Assembly: GCA_002787035.1 (NCBI GenBank)
Contig: PCVP01000014.1
Coordinates: 115,107 to 179,106, forward strand
Direction of reading: 5' to 3'
From: Candidatus Peregrinibacteria bacterium CG11_big_fil_rev_8_21_14_0_20_49_14
GTDB lineage: Bacteria; Patescibacteriota; Gracilibacteria; Peribacterales; Peribacteraceae
Length of the DNA stretch: 64,000 nt
This document shows positions 10,149-18,858 of this stretch, piece after piece (positions within the stretch are counted from its first letter, which is position 1; each line of letters starts with the position of its first letter). The notes beneath the pieces are model-generated. The model did not search any database and was not told the DNA's origin. It was given only the letters and a program-made list of their open reading frames with translations. A program made the translations under genes and the position numbers.

Positions 10149-11174
10149 TTGAAAACAACCATTGAAAACACGACTTTGTGGCTATCTGATGCCGAAATTA
10201 CCCACTTCTGTGGCAAATCTCTCACTGCCTCACTCTATGAGCTCCCTCTCACCATTCTGCTCACGGGAGAGCTTGGAGCGGGCAAAACTACGTTTCTCAA
10301 CGGTTTTTCCGAAGCATTGGGCATACTCGACTACCTGCCAAGCCCCACATTCGCATTGGAAAACGTGTACGAAACCGATCTGGGAGTGCCACTGACGCAT
10401 ATAGACCTCTACAGACTGGAGAATCCTTCGGATGCAGCTGCATTTCTGCATTCTACGGACAGCCACAGCGGTATTCGCTGTGTGGAGTGGGCACAGCGGC
10501 TGTCACACGAATTCACCGAACCGCACATCCGCATCACTCTGGCAGATACGCATACCAAAGAAGGAAGAGGTGTAACGGTTTCCTTCCGCGATATCGCGCT
10601 CCCGTCCGAATCGGACATTGCAATGTGGCAGCAGGAAGTTGCCCTTCCAAAGCACATCGTGGCACATTGCGCCGCGGTGGCAGAATTGGCAGTCACTCTC
10701 GGGCAACACCTCATAACACAAGGACGCATCATCCGACTGACCGCTCTGAAACGTGCCGGACTGGTGCATGATCTGCTTCGGTTCATCGATTTCACACCCG
10801 GTGCGGCGCACGTAGAGGAACACGGCGATACTCCCACCGTATGGGAACCATACCGCAAGACGTACGCAGGCATGAAGCATGAACCTGCATGTGCGTCATT
10901 TCTGCGAGAGAAAGGATTCGATGCACTCGCTACCATCGTGGAAGCACACGGACTGTTACTCCCCCCCGCATCACGAAGAACCATAGAGCAGAAACTGCTC
11001 TACTACGCGGATAAGCGGGTAAAACTGGATACTGTTGTGACGTTGGACGAGCGATTTGCAGATTTTCGGGAGCGGTACGGGTCGGATACCGAGCGCATCA
11101 AAGATGCCGAAGTCTGGCTACGACAAGCTCGCGAACTGGAAACAGAACTCTTCCAAGATTCGGTGCCCGCTTAA
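10149..11174 (+). CDS. tsaE: tRNA t6A37 biosynthesis ATPase TsaE fused to a C-terminal HD-domain phosphohydrolase
   Basis: N-terminal half: LLTGELGAGKTTFLNGFSEALGI...SPTFALENVY...THIDLYRL (TsaE P-loop family). C-terminal half: HIVAHCAAVAELA...GLVHDLLR...LLYYADKRV (HD superfamily). TTG start per the ORF track. Confidence 0.8.
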   Translation: MKTTIENTTLWLSDAEITHFCGKSLTASLYELPLTILLTGELGAGKTTFLNGFSEALGILDYLPSPTFALENVYETDLGVPLTHIDLYRLENPSDAAAFLHSTDSHSGIRCVEWAQRLSHEFTEPHIRITLADTHTKEGRGVTVSFRDIALPSESDIAMWQQEVALPKHIVAHCAAVAELAVTLGQHLITQGRIIRLTALKRAGLVHDLLRFIDFTPGAAHVEEHGDTPTVWEPYRKTYAGMKHEPACASFLREKGFDALATIVEAHGLLLPPASRRTIEQKLLYYADKRVKLDTVVTLDERFADFRERYGSDTERIKDAEVWLRQARELETELFQDSVPA

Positions 11175-11758
11175 AATCGAAACGGTATGAGTTCGTACTC
11201 AAGAACGCGTAACACCGTTATGGTAGACACGTGCATAAGTACGGGAGAAAACACCACCAACGCGACAGATACGACAATGACGCCGAAACAGAATTTATCC
11301 AGTGCGCTCCACCCATGTGAAAATTTTGGATGTATCTGGTCCATATAGTGATGAACGTGTGAAACCACTTTCAGGAAGTGATGCAATATTTTCACCTTCG
11401 GCACCAAGATTGCAGCCGCACGAACCACACTCATTTCGGCACGAAGAAGTCCGCTGATGCTTGCGAGACCCACCGTGTGGTGAAGGTACACCGAGAACAC
11501 GACTCCGACAGTCAGCAGTGCGACATCCACCAGGCTTTCGCGCACAATACCCTCCCAGGTTCTGCGAAGAGTGAAATGATGATGCTCACGATACTTCACA
11601 AAATCTAGTGTCATGTGCGCCACGATAAGCAGTGCAAATGCACCCAAGTTAAAGAGTGCCGCAACGAGAATGGTGAGAACAAGATACCCGGCGTGGAACG
11701 CAGGGAGATCGTCATGCACGTGTGCGAAGTGCCGCAAGGAAGCAATGGCTTTTGTCAT
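11171..11758 (-). CDS. integral membrane protein, function unknown
   Basis: 195 aa with ~5 hydrophobic helices and several His clusters (HVHDD, YREHHHF, YLHH, HVHHYMDQIH). TATAAT lies 11 nt upstream of the ATG. Confidence 0.6.
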   Translation of the reverse strand: MTKAIASLRHFAHVHDDLPAFHAGYLVLTILVAALFNLGAFALLIVAHMTLDFVKYREHHHFTLRRTWEGIVRESLVDVALLTVGVVFSVYLHHTVGLASISGLLRAEMSVVRAAAILVPKVKILHHFLKVVSHVHHYMDQIHPKFSHGWSALDKFCFGVIVVSVALVVFSPVLMHVSTITVLRVLEYELIPFRF

Positions 11759-11928
11759 TTGTTTTTAACATTATACAATATTATTTATGTATTAACAATA
11801 TAGAGAATCCCGCTGTACGGAGCGTAAAAGTCGCATTTGTACCCCCAAAAAATACTGTCTAAGTTGCATTACGTCAGTTTCCAACTAAAAATACGCGCAT
11901 CTACTCATTTTCCCTCCCCACTCTCCGT

Positions 11929-12084
11929 ATGGAACAGTGTGATATGTGTGGCCAAGATATCTGCGATGAATGCGGCGGCTGCGCTTGCCCAGGTAACGAA
12001 TGCAGCTGCGATGCTGCGGACGATTTGTCTGAGGATGAAGACTTCGATTTCGGCGAAGATCTGGATGACGAGGACGACATGTAA
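11929..12084 (+). CDS. candidate 51-aa Cys-rich / acidic-tail small protein (below the ORF-track size cut-off)
   Basis: Hand translation gives MEQCDMCGQDICDECGGCACPGNECSCDAADDLSEDEDFDFGEDLDDEDDM. It is followed by a 12/13-bp hairpin at 12101..12132. The three longer ORFs overlapping it look compositionally non-coding. Confidence 0.4.
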   Translation: MEQCDMCGQDICDECGGCACPGNECSCDAADDLSEDEDFDFGEDLDDEDDM

Positions 12085-12179
12085 CCTCGTAATAGTTCTA
12101 CGGAAAGTCTGCGGAGCGTCGCAGTCTTTCCGCGTGCCCGCATATGGCTTCTGTGAGGGAAATCTGCTACAATGGACAC

Positions 12180-12572
12180 ATGTCCGATGATTCATTTTTG
12201 CAGCAAGTATCCAATCGAAAAGAGCTGACGCAGCAGCAGGAGCAGAGTGCCGGTACGCCCGTAGCGGGAAAAATGGGTGCTAAGCATACATCTTTCCTCA
12301 GCGATCTTTTTGCATTGATAGACAAAGGTGATATTCGCACGGACGAACCGCAAACATTCTTAAACCAAGAAGTGTACGAGAAGCTGAGTGACGAATGGAA
12401 AGACAAAACGGACCTCGCGCTCACCAATATTGCCAATCAGCTCAGACTCATAGATTCCTTTCGCAAAGACACGAACACTCCGGTTGAATCTCCGCAGCTG
12501 CAAACCATGGTGGAACAGCTTTGGCAGATGAAACAGCGTATAGAAGAAGATCATGATGTCTTTAAGTTCTAG
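12180..12572 (+). CDS. hypothetical protein
   Basis: 130 aa from ATG 12180 (MSDDSFLQQ...). TACAAT lies 6 nt upstream of the ATG. No recognised domain. Confidence 0.55.
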   Translation: MSDDSFLQQVSNRKELTQQQEQSAGTPVAGKMGAKHTSFLSDLFALIDKGDIRTDEPQTFLNQEVYEKLSDEWKDKTDLALTNIANQLRLIDSFRKDTNTPVESPQLQTMVEQLWQMKQRIEEDHDVFKF

Positions 12573-12586
12573 TTCCCTCTCCGCCC

Positions 12587-12919
12587 ATGCAAAATCTCGA
12601 AATATACAACGAAGTCATAGACCAACGCGCAGAAAAAATCGTGGGCTCTCAGGAGAAACTGAGGGACGTAGCAAATCAAACAGGCAGAGCGGACGCATTG
12701 CAGCAGTTGGCAATCTTGGAAAACACGACGCCCGAGGAACTGCTTAAACGTGTGCAAGCAATTTACAATGCGCAAAAAGAGGCGGAAGAAAAAGGCGAAC
12801 CGTTCATGACTCCCTACACCATGAGAGTACGGGGAGAAGCAGCCGAATATGGCGCTGACCCTTCGCTGTACGCGGCACTGCGTACCAGAGCAGATATCAG
12901 TGTGGAGTCTCTTGGGTAA
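12587..12919 (+). CDS. hypothetical protein
   Basis: 110-aa hydrophilic helical ORF directly downstream of the previous gene. No recognised domain. Confidence 0.5.
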   Translation: MQNLEIYNEVIDQRAEKIVGSQEKLRDVANQTGRADALQQLAILENTTPEELLKRVQAIYNAQKEAEEKGEPFMTPYTMRVRGEAAEYGADPSLYAALRTRADISVESLG

Positions 12920-13853
12920 TCCAGTGAATGCGACTGTCCCCTCTCCACCAGCATTGCTGTCTTTTGGCGTACTGTCTTGTTTTGGCTGAAATGAGAGCAC
13001 AGAGTGCATCTATGTCATCCAGCGATCCTTCCATGTACGCAATAATTTCACGGTAGCCGTGACTTTTCAGTGCGGGATCGGTGGCACCGTACCCAAGCCT
13101 GAGAAGTTCTTCCACCTCTTCGAGCCACCCTGCTTCAAACATGTGTGTTGTACGAGTGTTTATTCGTTCGTACAACGCTGCGCGTTCCCAATGCATACCA
13201 AAGATAAGCTGCTGAAATCCGCTGTCACCTTCTTGGCGAAGCTGAGTCGGTGGCACGGCTTGTGTTTTCGGCTGTGAGAGAAGCTCGAAAATTTCTATCG
13301 CACGCACCAGACGTGGCTTGTTATGGATATGAATTTCTTCGGCAGCGTCCGGGTCTATGGTGAGAAGTTTTTCGTACAGACTTACACCCTCATCGCTCTC
13401 GTACTCGGCCAGCAGCCGCTCACGCAGCTCCGGATTCGAGGGAGGAGCAAGCGTAAGGCCATCGATTATGGAACTCACGTAGAGCATGGATCCGCCCACC
13501 AGTACCGGCACAACATCTCGTGCATACATGTTCTCTATGAGGGCAATTACCTCATCTCTGTAGCGTCCTGCAGTAGTCTCTTCGTTGGGATTCAATACAT
13601 CCAAAAGATGATGCGGAACCCCCTGCCTCTCTTCCTTCGAGATTTTTGCCGTGCCGATATTCAAATATCGGTAGAGCTGCCGTGAATCTGCGTTGATGAT
13701 CTCTGCTTTTTTGTCACAATGCTGCGCAACGTACGTGGCAATCTGTAAGGAGAAATCAGTTTTTCCGCCTGCGGTCGGCCCGACCACGGTAATGAGAGGC
13801 CGTGACGACTCTGCGATACATGCAGATACCTTCTGTTTCCAGTCCGAATTCAT
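12897..13853 (-). CDS. miaA: tRNA dimethylallyltransferase
   Basis: LITVVGPTAGGKTDFSLQIA...INADSRQLYRYLNIGTAKISKEE...VPHHLLDVL are the MiaA P-loop and substrate motifs. The start is set at the internal ATG (MNSDWK); the ORF opens at 13889. Confidence 0.9.
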   Translation of the reverse strand: MNSDWKQKVSACIAESSRPLITVVGPTAGGKTDFSLQIATYVAQHCDKKAEIINADSRQLYRYLNIGTAKISKEERQGVPHHLLDVLNPNEETTAGRYRDEVIALIENMYARDVVPVLVGGSMLYVSSIIDGLTLAPPSNPELRERLLAEYESDEGVSLYEKLLTIDPDAAEEIHIHNKPRLVRAIEIFELLSQPKTQAVPPTQLRQEGDSGFQQLIFGMHWERAALYERINTRTTHMFEAGWLEEVEELLRLGYGATDPALKSHGYREIIAYMEGSLDDIDALCALISAKTRQYAKRQQCWWRGDSRIHWITQETPH

Positions 13854-14011
13854 GCTCGTTACTCTATACGTTATGCGCTGTCTCTTCACGAAAAAGAACG
13901 ATGTAAACTATGCAGTACACATACAATTCACAACATTCTTCACGCTCTGCATACTGCCGCACACCGAGAGAAAAATGTATGATGATGTGAACACTTCACC
14001 ACCCTTCTCTC

Positions 14012-14668
14012 ATGCATCCAGCAATTCAGTCCATAGCGTCGAAAATAAGCAGCGGTTCACTGACACCGCACAATACATTGATTCCGACTGTCATAGAAAA
14101 AACGCAGTTCGGAGAACGTGTCTACGACATTTACTCTCGTCTGCTTGAGGAGCGTATTATTTTCCTTGGCACTCCCATTAACGACGACATTGCCAATTCG
14201 ATTATCGCGCAGCTCCTCTTCCTGGAAAAAGAAGATGCGAAGAAGGATATTACGCTCTACGTGAACTCCCCCGGAGGACAGGTGACATCCACCATGGCAA
14301 TGTACGACACCATGCAGTACGTACAGCCGGATATTTCCACGGTCTGTCTGGGAATGGCAGCGAGCGGAGGTGCGATTATTCTTATGGGTGGTGCAAAAGG
14401 AAAGCGATTTGCATTGGAGCACTCTGAAATCATGATTCACCAGCCTCTCGGCGGTACCGAGGGACAGGCAACGGACATTGCGATTCATGCGGAGCACATT
14501 ATTCAGACGAAAGACCTTCTCAATGAACTCATTGCAAAGCATACGGGTCAGAAACTTGAGAAGGTGAAAAACGATACGGAGCGCGATAACTTTATGAAAT
14601 CTACCGCAGCATTGAAGTACGGACTCATCGATAAAATCATTGCTAAAGCGAGCGACATAAAGAAATAA
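14012..14668 (+). CDS. clpP: ATP-dependent Clp protease proteolytic subunit
   Basis: [30 protein letters not shown]...[23 protein letters not shown]...[13 protein letters not shown]...MIHQPLGG, containing the catalytic Ser/His context. Confidence 0.95.
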   Translation: MHPAIQSIASKISSGSLTPHNTLIPTVIEKTQFGERVYDIYSRLLEERIIFLGTPINDDIANSIIAQLLFLEKEDAKKDITLYVNSPGGQVTSTMAMYDTMQYVQPDISTVCLGMAASGGAIILMGGAKGKRFALEHSEIMIHQPLGGTEGQATDIAIHAEHIIQTKDLLNELIAKHTGQKLEKVKNDTERDNFMKSTAALKYGLIDKIIAKASDIKK

Positions 14669-14679
14669 CATCGCACTGA

Positions 14680-14711
14680 AAAAGCCCCGCCGTATGTGCG
14701 GGGCTTTTTAT
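14680..14711. terminator. bidirectional rho-independent terminator between clpP and the convergent membrane-protein gene
   Basis: AGCCCCGC (14683..14690) / loop CGTATGT / GCGGGGCT (14698..14705), flanked by an A-run upstream and a T-run downstream. Confidence 0.8.
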
Positions 14712-14724
14712 ATTCCAAACGTAT

Positions 14725-15135
14725 TTACGCCTCCTTTTTGCAGCAACTCATCTTTATAACAAGTGCGTAGACAACAAGCCAGATAAAGGAATTGATGACA
14801 GCCGGCATGACGTCCGGCAATGCTACTCCGCCGAGAATCGGCTTTAAGAGCATTCCGACAGGAATGGAAGCGAGAGCAACTCCCGCAGCGAGAGCGCCTA
14901 CTTCCATGTACATGTTCACGGTAATAAGTGCGCCTCCCACTATCATGAGCGCGGGAAGAAGAAGTGCCCACAGAGCACCGAGTGGCTCCAAAGGTCCGAG
15001 ACCGGACATTACCATGCCCTTAAACGGTGCCATGGTCATGTAGTGAGCGAGACCGATAAGCAGAAGAGAAAGGCCGAATGCTAGGCGCAGAGCAAGAGCA
15101 GCCGCACACTTTGGGGATTTTGTACAACAGGACAT
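14725..15135 (-). CDS. small 4-TM membrane protein with vicinal Cys pairs at both termini
   Basis: MSCCTKSPKC...four hydrophobic helices...VIKMSCCKKEA. The start is set at ATG 15135; the ORF opens at TTG 15171. Confidence 0.6.
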   Translation of the reverse strand: MSCCTKSPKCAAALALRLAFGLSLLLIGLAHYMTMAPFKGMVMSGLGPLEPLGALWALLLPALMIVGGALITVNMYMEVGALAAGVALASIPVGMLLKPILGGVALPDVMPAVINSFIWLVVYALVIKMSCCKKEA

Positions 15136-15268
15136 ACGAAACAGGGGGGAAAGATAAGGAGGGTTTGACAATTATCTATTTTGGGCAAGACGCACAAAAG
15201 ATACAAGTGATTTGAATTACAATACGGCACCCTGTCCAATACAAAACAAAAGGGGTAGTGTAAGCCAA

Positions 15269-16342
15269 ATGTTCACTCTTACAGGTACGACATCACCGGG
15301 AAGGCGTGGCGTGCTTTCCACACCGCACGGGGAGATACAAACTCCATTTTTTATGCCGGTAGGTACGGCAGGTGCCATGCGTGGAATCACACATGAAGAT
15401 CTTCTGTCTCTCGGAGCACAAATACTGCTGTGCAATACGTATCATATGCATTTGCAGCCGGGAGAAGAGATCGTACGTGAAGCGGGAGGATTGCACGAAT
15501 TTATCCATTGGAGCAAACCGATACTCACGGATTCCGGCGGATACCAAGTGTTTTCGCTGCGCGGCAGCAATTCCATAGAGGATCACGGTGTGCATTTCCG
15601 TTCACACATAAACGGAGATCCCCTCTTTCTCGGACCTGAAAGCGCCATACGCATACAGCACGCTCTGGGTGCGGACATCATAATGTGTTTTGATCACTGC
15701 CCTCCATCCACGGCGGCACGTGCGGAAATAGAACAAGCGGTGGATCGCACGCTGCGCTGGGCACAGGAGTGCAAAACGTGGCACAGGGAATACAGTACGG
15801 GGAAAGAAAATCCCCCCATGCTCTTTGGAATAGTACAGGGAGGGCTGGAACCTGACTTACGAAAGAAATGTGCGGAGGAACTCATCGCAATGGATTTCGA
15901 CGGGTACGCCATAGGCGGACTGGCAGTCGGAGAAAGTCCGCAAGAAATGTATGACGTCGTGGATGCCGTGTGTCCGCTGCTGCCAGAAGAGAAATTGCGA
16001 TACCTCATGGGCGTGGGCGTGGCAGACCAGTTGAAAAAGTGCGTGGCAAAAGGAGTGGATATGTTCGACTGTGTTCTTCCCATGCGTCTTGCCAGACACG
16101 GACACATACTGCTTGCAGACGGTACGGACATACGGATTCGAAACACCGAGTATAAGTCTGCGCATATTCCCATAGATCCGCTTTCCCCTTCCGCACTCAG
16201 CAGAACACACACCCGCAGTTATTTACATCATCTCGTTCGAGCAAATGAGCGACTGGGAGAAACAATAGCCTGCATGCAGAATATGGGAATCACACTGCAA
16301 ACAATGCAGCGAATGCGCGCGGCAATGGATGAAGAAATCTAA
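15269..16342 (+). CDS. tgt: queuine tRNA-ribosyltransferase
   Basis: MFTLTGTTSPGRRGVLSTPHGEIQTPFFMPVGTAGAMRG...LCNTYHM...ILTDSGGYQVFSL. The start is set at ATG 15269 by alignment with typical Tgt N-termini. Confidence 0.95.
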   Translation: MFTLTGTTSPGRRGVLSTPHGEIQTPFFMPVGTAGAMRGITHEDLLSLGAQILLCNTYHMHLQPGEEIVREAGGLHEFIHWSKPILTDSGGYQVFSLRGSNSIEDHGVHFRSHINGDPLFLGPESAIRIQHALGADIIMCFDHCPPSTAARAEIEQAVDRTLRWAQECKTWHREYSTGKENPPMLFGIVQGGLEPDLRKKCAEELIAMDFDGYAIGGLAVGESPQEMYDVVDAVCPLLPEEKLRYLMGVGVADQLKKCVAKGVDMFDCVLPMRLARHGHILLADGTDIRIRNTEYKSAHIPIDPLSPSALSRTHTRSYLHHLVRANERLGETIACMQNMGITLQTMQRMRAAMDEEI

Positions 16343-16723
16343 CTACTTCTCTTCTGTCTTCTCCGCAGTTTTTGCTTTGGGAGCTTCTGCCTTGGCAGCA
16401 GTCGCACCGGTTGCTTTGATTTTCGTTACTTCGATATCTGTGTAGCCCTGCCTGTGACCGTACACACGGCGATACCTCTTGCGACGTTTCATGGAGAACA
16501 CTCTGATTTTATCTCCTCTGCCATGTCCCATTACTTTCACTTCCACGGCAGCGCCAGAAACATACGGTGTGCCTATTTTCATATCACTGTCCCCTTTTAC
16601 GAGCATCAGCACCTTGTCGAACGTCACCGAGTTTCCTTCTTCAGCCTGCAGTGTGGGAACACGAAGCTTGTCTCCTTCGGAGACTTTTTCTTGGAAGCCA
16701 GCAATATCGACTACGGCGAACAT
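16343..16723 (-). CDS. rplU: 50S ribosomal protein L21
   Basis: MFAVVDIAGFQEKVSEGDKLRVP...KIRVFSMKRRKRYRRVYGHRQGYTDIEV, with a short Lys/Ala/Glu C-terminal tail. Confidence 0.95.
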   Translation of the reverse strand: MFAVVDIAGFQEKVSEGDKLRVPTLQAEEGNSVTFDKVLMLVKGDSDMKIGTPYVSGAAVEVKVMGHGRGDKIRVFSMKRRKRYRRVYGHRQGYTDIEVTKIKATGATAAKAEAPKAKTAEKTEEK

Positions 16724-17026
16724 ACGTTATAAGGAAAGCGCCCGATACAGGGCACGCGGAAGTGTAGGGAAAACACAATGCCTCAGCAAGAAGAATGAAC
16801 TGAATTTCCATGTTTTTGCCGCAATGCAATGGCATTACGTGAGAACAATAAAATCTGCGCTCCGGCTCCCATGAACCACAAGGGGTTCAGGGCACCGGCG
16901 GTACAAGGCATGCACCATAAAGGAGCTTCGAAGATTGGCACCGGAACAAGCCAGCCCTTTGGAGATTTTAGGAGGCTTTGGGGAGTCCTTTCATAAGGAG
17001 GTCAAGGGCACGTGGGTCGGTCCATG

Positions 17027-18112
17027 CTATGGAGAAAATGAGGTACAAGGTTTACGAGAGGAGCGATTTGAATCAGAGTCCCACCAAATCAATGAACTGT
17101 TACTTTTTACTTCGTCTTCAAGCTCGGAGCTATCACGCGCAGAAATATTCTGTCCATACATTGCTCCTTGATAGGAGCTTTTGAAGTAATAATCTCTAGT
17201 CTTATAGCAAAAATCACTTCCGTGATCGGAGGACAGCATGTAACTTTCTTCTACAGTGAAATATTTACATATCTGAAAATTTGCCCTCTCCCAATACAAA
17301 CCTTGCTCGCCCCAAACATCGCCAGACTTCTGAGTAACAGGTGCTGCAATGTAAAACAAAGTATCTTCTCTATCAAAAATTAATCGTGCTTCAGAGGGGA
17401 CTTTTGTTAATCTAACTTCACCCAAATTCGAAGAGTGCTTTATGTCAATTGAACAGTAGTCATCACCTCCTATCACAGCAGGGAATATCCGATAACTGCC
17501 GTTGTAGTAACGAACAATCCCACATGCATCCACTAAACAAAAAAATAGTGATTCTTTTCCGTTTATATCCGTGATAATTCTTGCCGATGTAAAGTAGTGT
17601 GGACCAGAAACAATACTGCCATCAAAAGGTTGGCTGGACGGCAATAATGAAAATGATTCTTCATACAATTTTTCCGAGAATAGAAATTTTTGCAATGGGT
17701 TTGGTTGAACTTCATCCAATATATACAGTGCCGTTCCTCGTGTTGTATCATCTGTTAACAAGCCATTTTCAAAATTATCTATCGCACTTAGAAGAATCAC
17801 AACACTTTCAATTCCAAACCCATGAAAGTCTATTTTTTTAACTTGGTATCTTGAATTTCCAGTGCCAACCTCCTTTTCAATAAAGGAAGAAATCTGCTGA
17901 GGCGCAAATTTTGTCCTATTGGTACCAGTAAATAATCCATACAAATATACGAAAACAAAGAACGCTAGGAATAAAGTAACAGTTGGTTTAATTACATCTT
18001 TAATCACAAATTTGAAAAAAGCTCTAATGTACTTTTGGTTGTCCCAAGAAATTGTTACTTCCTTTGTTCGTTTCCAAGTCCTTCTTGCCAATTCATGATA
18101 ATTTATTCTCAC
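17027..18112 (-). CDS. hypothetical membrane-anchored protein (AT-rich islet)
   Basis: 361 aa with a single N-terminal TM helix (VTLFLAFFVFVYLYGLF) and no recognisable domain. The coding sequence is visibly AT-richer than its neighbours. Confidence 0.55.
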   Translation of the reverse strand: MRINYHELARRTWKRTKEVTISWDNQKYIRAFFKFVIKDVIKPTVTLFLAFFVFVYLYGLFTGTNRTKFAPQQISSFIEKEVGTGNSRYQVKKIDFHGFGIESVVILLSAIDNFENGLLTDDTTRGTALYILDEVQPNPLQKFLFSEKLYEESFSLLPSSQPFDGSIVSGPHYFTSARIITDINGKESLFFCLVDACGIVRYYNGSYRIFPAVIGGDDYCSIDIKHSSNLGEVRLTKVPSEARLIFDREDTLFYIAAPVTQKSGDVWGEQGLYWERANFQICKYFTVEESYMLSSDHGSDFCYKTRDYYFKSSYQGAMYGQNISARDSSELEDEVKSNSSLIWWDSDSNRSSRKPCTSFSP

Positions 18113-18264
18113 AGGATTAGCATATCAAAAATTTCACACTTTAGGCACGTGGCTCTATGAACATCTTTTTTAGGTGGCTGTGTAGTCGAGTCTGGTAATA
18201 AAATCCCATAGGAATTTTGGGGTTCTTTGGAAGATTTTTCAGAAGGAGGGTGAGGACAGGTGGG

Positions 18265-18708
18265 TCACTTACTTTCTATAAACGCTCTCCAATACTTATT
18301 GTGTCGCTTGCGTGCCGCCTTAATACCTTTTGATGTGAGAACATAGATTTCATCAACTCCTAGTCGAATGTAGCCTTTTTCGATCAGACCGATGAAAATT
18401 TCATAGAATTTCATCATTTCCAATCTATCTTCTGATGGAAATGGCGTGCCATTCCAATCAAACTTCACATGCAATGGATAGTCGGACCTTTCAGGTTTGT
18501 GAAGGATTCTGTAATTGTTTGAGAACATCTCTTTTATGATTTTGACTTCACTATCGGATAAATAATTCTTCTTAAGCCATCTAAACAGGATCAGAAGAAG
18601 GTAGCCAAAAAATGATAGTCCACCAATATTTGATAGCCATTGGATAAGAGTTGGTAACCAGTTCGGAATACCTATCGATTGCCAAAAATCATAAGCAAGT
18701 GGGTCCAT
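18265..18708 (-). CDS. hypothetical small membrane protein with a possible winged-helix-like C-terminus (AT-rich islet)
   Basis: Start set at the internal ATG (MDPLAYDFW...), because the longer ORF 18265..18894 runs through tRNA-Gln. There is an N-terminal hydrophobic segment; the C-terminus reads FIGLIEKGYIRLGVDEIYVLTSKGIKAARK. Confidence 0.5.
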   Translation of the reverse strand: MDPLAYDFWQSIGIPNWLPTLIQWLSNIGGLSFFGYLLLILFRWLKKNYLSDSEVKIIKEMFSNNYRILHKPERSDYPLHVKFDWNGTPFPSEDRLEMMKFYEIFIGLIEKGYIRLGVDEIYVLTSKGIKAARKRHNKYWRAFIESK

Positions 18709-18858
18709 ATTTCGAGCAGTTATTGTACATGATTGGCCGCGTAAAGTCGCTTCGCTCCAACGCGGCCTACATAAAATCGCTTCTCGCTTGGAAGCCACTC
18801 TCTGTTCGAATCTGTTGGCGGCGCCACGTGATTGCGAGCCGCTGCGAGCAATTTTACG

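Noticed and set aside
16724-17026. RNase P RNA, tmRNA or SRP RNA in the long region upstream of rplU (also considered for 35890..36195).
   Set aside because: I could not find the universally conserved motifs on either strand: GGAAAGUCC with ACAGAA...GGCUUA for RNase P, a tRNA-like GGGG...UCCACCA end for tmRNA, or the GGAA-tetraloop domain IV of SRP. The region is kept only as a low-interest candidate leader.
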